Source: an uncultured Defluviitaleaceae bacterium | Lineage (GTDB): Bacteria; Bacillota; Clostridia; Lachnospirales; WRBF01 | NCBI GenBank assembly: GCA_964468805.1 | Contig: CAYXWM010000005.1 | Location: 8,520-72,519, forward strand | DNA length: 64,000 nt | Direction: 5' to 3' | Shown here: piece by piece, positions 58,930-64,000 of the stretch | How positions within the stretch are numbered: position 1 is the first letter of the stretch | How the letters are laid out: each line of letters begins with the position of its first letter | The notes under the pieces: generated by a model | Seen by the model: only the letters and a program-made list of their open reading frames with translations | The model's database searches: none | Told to the model about the DNA's origin: nothing | Program-made: the position numbers and the translations under genes

Positions 58930-60159
58930 TTAAATACCTCCTATAACCGTACCCGTTGCCGAATCTATACGTTGGACGGTGGCGGCATCTTTGAAATAAA
59001 GGACTTCAAGCCCTTTTGATTTTGCGTAAGCTAAATTTTCGGTCAAATCTTCGCCGAACAAGCTGTTTTCTATAATTTCACCACTTTTACGCATTCTGTC
59101 CGCATAAGACAAGGCCTGTTTTGCGGTATCCTCTGTATAAATCAGTAAAAGCTTGGTTTTTTGCTCTTGGTGAAGTTGTTGGTGATATGCCAGGGCTGAC
59201 ATTAAATCGTTGATTTCTATTGCAAAACCCACAGATGGCAAATCCGTTCCGAATTGTGACAATACAGTATCATAACGTCCACCGTCCACAACCCAAAAAC
59301 CGGTTCCGTAGGTATAACCTCTGAAAATAATGCCTGTATAATAATCCAAATTACCAACCATGCTTAAATCAAATTGTATGTATTGTTCCAAACCGTAATT
59401 TTTAATTAATTCGTACAGTTTTTTAAGGCTTTCCAGAGCCTCTCGAGATTTTTGGTTTAAATTGCCGGTCATGGCTTCGTCCAAAATAGTTTCGTTTCCT
59501 ATAAGAAGAGGTAATTCTCGGAACAGTCTTAAAGTGCTGTAGGGTAAATTGGAATCGTTGACTATTTCCTCTATGGCAACAAAATCCCTGGCTATAAGGT
59601 GATTTTTAATAGTGAGTTGCTTTTCGGCGTCAAAACCGGTTTCTTCCAAAAGCCCGGTGATAAATTGAACCTGTCCTATATCTATGCGAAAATCCGATAA
59701 CCCACTTGCCAAAAGGCTTTTTATTGCCACAGCAATAACTTCCGCATTGGCTTCTTGGGAATTTACGCCTATAAGTTCTATGCCGGCTTGTGTAAACTCG
59801 CAAAGCTTACCTTGATAATCCAAGTTATGCCTAAAAGCATTACCCAAATAGCTAAAACGCAGGGGTATATCGGTATCGCTGTAATTTGTAGCGGCTATAC
59901 GCCCTATGGGTAAGGTCATATCCGAACGCAGAGCCATAATGGCACCGTTTCTGTCCATAAATTTATACATTTGCTTTTCGCTGATACTGCCTTTGCCGTC
60001 AAATACTTCCATGTACTCGAAAGTAGGCGTGGAAACGGTTTCGTAGCCGTAGCTTCTGTATACTTCCATAATACGGCTTTCGATTTCCGCCTTTTGGCTG
60101 TATTCCAAGGGTAAATAGTCCGTTACGCCGCAAGGGCTGTGAAGTTTGTTGTTTTTCAT
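58930..60159 (-). CDS. hisZ: ATP phosphoribosyltransferase regulatory subunit
   Basis: This HisRS paralogue lacks an anticodon-binding domain and lies directly upstream of short hisG. Confidence 0.85.
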   Translation of the reverse strand: MKNNKLHSPCGVTDYLPLEYSQKAEIESRIMEVYRSYGYETVSTPTFEYMEVFDGKGSISEKQMYKFMDRNGAIMALRSDMTLPIGRIAATNYSDTDIPLRFSYLGNAFRHNLDYQGKLCEFTQAGIELIGVNSQEANAEVIAVAIKSLLASGLSDFRIDIGQVQFITGLLEETGFDAEKQLTIKNHLIARDFVAIEEIVNDSNLPYSTLRLFRELPLLIGNETILDEAMTGNLNQKSREALESLKKLYELIKNYGLEQYIQFDLSMVGNLDYYTGIIFRGYTYGTGFWVVDGGRYDTVLSQFGTDLPSVGFAIEINDLMSALAYHQQLHQEQKTKLLLIYTEDTAKQALSYADRMRKSGEIIENSLFGEDLTENLAYAKSKGLEVLYFKDAATVQRIDSATGTVIGGI

Positions 60160-60219
60160 GATACACTACCTTCTTTATTTAGTACCGGCACTGCGGTGAT
60201 TTAGTGTATTAAAGTATGA

Positions 60220-60248
60220 ATTATAAACCGGAAATTAAACCTTGTCAA
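60220..60248 (-). promoter_or_regulatory. Sigma-A-type promoter for the his operon
   Basis: The elements are perfect TTGACA, a 17-nt spacer, and TATAAT on the minus strand. It lies ~55 nt upstream of the hisZ ATG. Confidence 0.7.
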
Positions 60249-60503
60249 ATAATCTTGAAAAAACATTATTTTAACGTGTGTTGGAAGAAGCGGAGCAACT
60301 TGAGCAGTAAGTTATTTCCATTAAATTGGGAACAATTTTATATGGTTTTTATGCCGTAAATACGGGAAAATTATTTCAAAATATCTGATTTATGGGTTCA
60401 CTTTTAATTATATGTAGAGTTTAATACATATAAGATAGGAAGTCAAATTTTTAACAACAAAATCTGACTTCCTATAATTTATACTGCATTAAAAGCGGTT
60501 CAG

Positions 60504-60734
60504 TTAAATTTCATGCCTATCTTCTACAACTTCGTCATGTATACGTCCGTACAGGCTCAAGCAGTATAAGCCGGCCAAACCAACCAGAGCATACACAACC
60601 CTACTTACCCATGATTCCATACCACCGAAGATGGTAGCGACCAAATCGAATTGGAAAAATCCGATAAGTCCCCAGTTGATGGCACCGATTATAACCAGCG
60701 TTAAAGCTGTCCAATCAAGTGGTCTTGATCTCAT
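60504..60734 (-). CDS. DUF378-family small membrane protein
   Basis: GGAGG lies 7 nt upstream of ATG 60734. Two TM helices carry IIGAINWGLIGFF. Confidence 0.7.
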   Translation of the reverse strand: MRSRPLDWTALTLVIIGAINWGLIGFFQFDLVATIFGGMESWVSRVVYALVGLAGLYCLSLYGRIHDEVVEDRHEI

Positions 60735-60966
60735 GTATTTTCCTCCTTCAGCATTTAACTCGGCAGTTTGCGGCAATCATTGATTTCCGTAAACCGTCGA
60801 AATTACTTTTGAATGTCACTATGTTTAATAAACATAGGATACCTTTATTATTGCTCAAAAAGAAATTTTTATTAAATGCTGTAGTTTTCTTTTTACATAA
60901 AACAATCAAGAAGGAATAAAAAGACAAATAAATAACTTTAGCATGGCTTATATAATCAACATAATA

Positions 60967-61521
60967 TTACCGGTCAAAAGAATTTTTTATCAGATGTTGT
61001 GCAATCACTTTTGCGGCGGCTGACTGTGCCATTAAAAGTACAGTTATAAAATAAAGAGCCGGGATTGATTGTACTTGTTTTTCTATTTCGTTATTGCACT
61101 CAGAGGCAATTTCCGGCAAGTCGGCTTTCCATTGACTTATGGCTTGGTTATGTAAACTTAAATACATGGACAATATTTGATCCAAAAGGTTGGTGTCATT
61201 ATAAATGGGTAAAAATGTTTGTTTAATTTCATCCAAGGAAAAATGGTTTTTTAAAGCATCTATGATTACAAGCATAGCAAGGTGGGTTTTGGTATAAAAC
61301 CGCTTGTCTGCCGGCGGCGGAAGTACATTTATTCTCACGTAATTTTGTATCATAGTCTTGGTAAAATATATACCCTTACGCTCAAAATATTTAATTACCT
61401 GTGAGATAGTCATTTCACTGGAGTAATTTTCCAATCCTATAAGCGGATTGTTATAGGGGTTTATTTCTGTTACTGTTGATAATATATTTTGCATTTCCGC
61501 ATGGAAATTATTCTGTTGCAT
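60967..61521 (-). CDS. DUF1836-like protein
   Basis: The segment TKTMIQNYVRINVLPPPADKRFYTKTHLAML resembles DUF1836 as I recall it. Function is unknown. Confidence 0.5.
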   Translation of the reverse strand: MQQNNFHAEMQNILSTVTEINPYNNPLIGLENYSSEMTISQVIKYFERKGIYFTKTMIQNYVRINVLPPPADKRFYTKTHLAMLVIIDALKNHFSLDEIKQTFLPIYNDTNLLDQILSMYLSLHNQAISQWKADLPEIASECNNEIEKQVQSIPALYFITVLLMAQSAAAKVIAQHLIKNSFDR

Positions 61522-61552
61522 AGGATTTATGTTAACCTCCGACCGGTATATT

Positions 61553-61595
61553 TATACTTAATTGCATAAGGAATATTTACAAGCAATTAAGTATA
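61553..61595. repeat. R2 family, minimal 43-bp remnant (paired termini only)
   Basis: The sequence is TATACTTAATTGCATAAGGAATATTTACAAGCAATTAAGTATA. It lies between the DUF1836 gene start and the dut stop. Confidence 0.7.
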
Positions 61596-61657
61596 ACCGG
61601 ATATTTTTATAATATAAAGCCCGGAAGGAAACCAAAGTTCCATCCGGCTTTTTTAAA

Positions 61658-62104
61658 TCAAATTTTTGTATGACCGAAACCACCGTCGTTTCGTTGGGTT
61701 TCGTCCAGTTCATTTACTTCTGTGAGTTCAAGTTGATATACTTTGGATATTACCATCTGAGCAATTCGCATACCACGCTCCACGATAAAGGTTTCTTTTC
61801 CCAAATTAATGAGTATGACTTTGATTTCTCCTCGATAATCCGCGTCTATAGTACCGGGAGAATTAAGCATGGTAAGCCCATGTTTTAATGCCAAACCGCT
61901 TCTGGGGCGAATTTGTCCTTCGTAGTTTTCAGGCAATGCGATTTTTATACCTGTGGGTATGAGCTTATATTCACCGGGCAGAATGGGCGTAGGTTCATGA
62001 ACATTGGCATATAGGTCCATTCCTGCGGCTTGTTTGGTCATATATTGAGGTAGGGGTAAATCAGCCGCATCCTCGCAACGTACTATTCTTAAAGTGTCAC
62101 ACAT
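61658..62104 (-). CDS. dut: dUTP diphosphatase
   Basis: [21 protein letters not shown] and C-terminal GGFGHT are present. Confidence 0.9.
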   Translation of the reverse strand: MCDTLRIVRCEDAADLPLPQYMTKQAAGMDLYANVHEPTPILPGEYKLIPTGIKIALPENYEGQIRPRSGLALKHGLTMLNSPGTIDADYRGEIKVILINLGKETFIVERGMRIAQMVISKVYQLELTEVNELDETQRNDGGFGHTKI

Positions 62105-63356
62105 TTAAAACCATATCCTTAAAATTAATTCCGTCTAGGTTGCCTACTGCCGTAAGGCTTAGATTATCGAAATTAAATATTTTTTCTGCCAAAATGTAAA
62201 TTCTATCCAAAGAAACAGAGTCTATTTTTTCGATTAGCTCTTCCGGGCTAATAATTCTGTTTAACATCAGCATATTTTTTCCGATGGAATTCATTCTTGA
62301 AGCCGAGCTTTCCAGACTTAGGAGATAATTGCTTTTTATTTGTTCTTTAGTATTAACCAGTTGGGAACTTGTAATTTTATTTGTAAATAATCCTTTTATT
62401 TCTTTTGTAATCAGTCCGAATACATTTTGAGTTTGATTTGGATTCAGTCCGGCGTATATTGAAAAGAGACCTGTGTCCGAATAACTTGAATTATAAGAAT
62501 AAATGGAGTATACCAGTCCGTGTTCTTCCCTTATGGATTGAAACAAGCGTGAACTCATACCGCCGCCCAAAACTGTATTTAAAATAACCATGGCATAAGT
62601 ATCGTCAGAACCCAGAGGAATACTTGGGAAACCCATAACCATGTGGATTTGCTCTATGTCTTTTTCTTTTGTGGCTACGGATGCATGATATTTTGGAGGA
62701 GAAATAATTTGTTTTTCATTGTCTTGACTTGTATAGCTTCCGAAATATTTTTCTATGAGTTCAATTGTTTCCGCTTCGGAGAAGTTGCCGGCTATTGAAA
62801 TAACTGTATTTTCGGGAGAATAGGCTTCTTTATGATATTTTTTAAAGGTTTTGTTATCAAAGGATTTTATGCTGTTTTCTGTACCCAAAATAGAAAATCC
62901 CAAAGTATCGTCAGACCAGATATTATAATGCATCAAATCATGAACCAGTTCTTCGGGAGTATCTTCATACATATTGATTTCTTCAAGGATAACGTTCAAT
63001 TCCTTTTCAATTTCCGTACTCTCAAACAAAGAATTAAAAAACATATCCGCCAAAACGTCAATTGCTATGGGCATATGAGTGTCTAAAGTTCTTGTGTAAT
63101 AGCAGGTATATTCTTTTGAGGTATAGGCATTAATTTGACCGCCTATGGCGTCCATTTCGTCAGCTATATCTTTTGCACTTCGCTTTTTCGTGCCTTTAAA
63201 CAACATGTGCTCTATAAAGTGGGAAATCCCGTTATTATGTTTATTTTCGTTTCTTGAACCGCTTTTGACCCATAAGCCGAAGGCTATGGAGCGTAAATAA
63301 GGTATTTTTTCCATAACGACTCTTACGCCGTTAGACAGTTGTATTATTTTATACAT
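62097..63356 (-). CDS. M16-family (pitrilysin/insulinase-like) zinc peptidase
   Basis: The inverted zinc motif [11 protein letters not shown] is present. It sits downstream of pnp, as is common in Firmicutes. Confidence 0.85.
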   Translation of the reverse strand: MYKIIQLSNGVRVVMEKIPYLRSIAFGLWVKSGSRNENKHNNGISHFIEHMLFKGTKKRSAKDIADEMDAIGGQINAYTSKEYTCYYTRTLDTHMPIAIDVLADMFFNSLFESTEIEKELNVILEEINMYEDTPEELVHDLMHYNIWSDDTLGFSILGTENSIKSFDNKTFKKYHKEAYSPENTVISIAGNFSEAETIELIEKYFGSYTSQDNEKQIISPPKYHASVATKEKDIEQIHMVMGFPSIPLGSDDTYAMVILNTVLGGGMSSRLFQSIREEHGLVYSIYSYNSSYSDTGLFSIYAGLNPNQTQNVFGLITKEIKGLFTNKITSSQLVNTKEQIKSNYLLSLESSASRMNSIGKNMLMLNRIISPEELIEKIDSVSLDRIYILAEKIFNFDNLSLTAVGNLDGINFKDMVLNV

Positions 63357-63492
63357 AGCTTCCTTCTTTCTGATACAAATTGTTTGAATATAGAGAGTGA
63401 TTTTCTTATGTAAAGCATGTGAAGCTAAATCAATTCTATATCATTTGTCCGGGTAATAAAAGCTATAATATTTGTAAACTTATTTTGAATTA

Positions 63493-63630
63493 TATACTTA
63501 ATTTCGAGTTAAGTAGTAACAAAAGCGTATATTCGTAGTGGTGAGCGACCGGTTTTATATCATAAAAACGCAAAAGAGAACCGTTTGCGAAAAATAGCTT
63601 TTGTTACTATTCCTTATGCAATTAAGTATA
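63493..63630 (+). repeat. R2 family, full copy (138 bp)
   Basis: It is near-identical to 6026-6162. It lies between the pnp stop and the M16 peptidase start. Confidence 0.85.
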
Positions 63631-63685
63631 AATGGGTTTTCGTCCCTTACAATATTGTATGCAAAAAAATATCCCCGTGATTTAA

Positions 63686-63707
63686 GAAACCCACAACTGT
63701 GGGTTTC
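63686..63707 (-). terminator. Hairpin after pnp (terminator-like)
   Basis: The hairpin is GAAACCCAC-AGTT-GTGGGTTTC. The downstream U-run is weak and interrupted. Confidence 0.45.
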
Positions 63708-63743
63708 CGGAAATAAAATTTTGGGGTTATTTAAAACATCAAT

Positions 63744-64000
63744 TTATTTTTTTTCATTTAATAAAGCCTTGCGAGAGAGATTGACTCTGCCTTGAGCATC
63801 CACTTCAAGAACCTTAACGGTTATAACATCGCCGACTTTTACAACGTCCTCAACCTGTTTAATACGTTCGTTAGCCAATTGAGAAATGCGAACAAGTCCT
63901 TCTTTTTCCGGGGCTATTTCAACAAAGGCACCGAAAGTCATTATTCTGGTAACTCTGCCGGAATAAATTGCACCGGGTTGAGGATCATGAGCGATGGCAT
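63744..64000 (-). CDS. pnp: Polynucleotide phosphorylase, C-terminal S1 domain (5' part outside window)
   Basis: S1-domain sequence [28 protein letters not shown]...[15 protein letters not shown] is present. The frame stays open to the window edge. Confidence 0.85.
   Translation of the reverse strand, partial: AIAHDPQPGAIYSGRVTRIMTFGAFVEIAPEKEGLVRISQLANERIKQVEDVVKVGDVITVKVLEVDAQGRVNLSRKALLNEKK

Noticed and set aside
60160-60300. T-box or attenuator upstream of hisZ.
   Set aside because: The leader from the predicted promoter is only ~55 nt. I find no T-box consensus (…GGTGGTACCGCG…), no terminator/antiterminator pair, and no His-rich leader peptide.

Overview
The window is a low-GC chromosomal segment from an anaerobic, spore-forming, chemotactic Firmicute of Clostridia type. 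This assignment rests on dpaAB, hydF/hydG, cooS, Etf genes and an MCP. About 62 genes are densely packed. After the first 6 kb most lie on the minus strand. Most of it is housekeeping: pyrF-K-D-E, surE, accA/D/C plus fabZ, gap, hup, thiI, sod, rimI-tsaB-tsaE, hisZGDCBHA, dut, an M16 peptidase and the 3' end of pnp. Accessory content:
- An RpiR-controlled catabolic cluster pairing a FGGY kinase and an SDR with EtfAB, an MFS transporter and a FAD-linked oxidase.
- A cooS-cooF-flavoprotein module.
- A LytTR/DUF3021/ABC module.
- A Cache-GGDEF-EAL protein.
- An orphan DUF4157 (HExxH) protein in a locally GC-richer gene.

I found no rRNA, tRNA, CRISPR array, transposase, integrase, phage gene or recognisable defence system. 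I do not see a clear multi-gene novel protein system. The most interesting unexplained signals are non-coding:
1. A tandemly duplicated ~95-nt leader unit lies upstream of the TM1266-regulator/hydG/hydF genes. Each unit has an identical 18-nt box plus its own intrinsic terminator, and I cannot assign it to any known riboswitch or leader class.
2. Two families of MITE-like palindromic repeats (about 138 bp and about 105 bp) share TATACT(T)AATT-type termini. Nine copies sit in intergenic regions, some directly abutting stop codons.

All calls come from reading the translations and sequence by eye. No database search was run.
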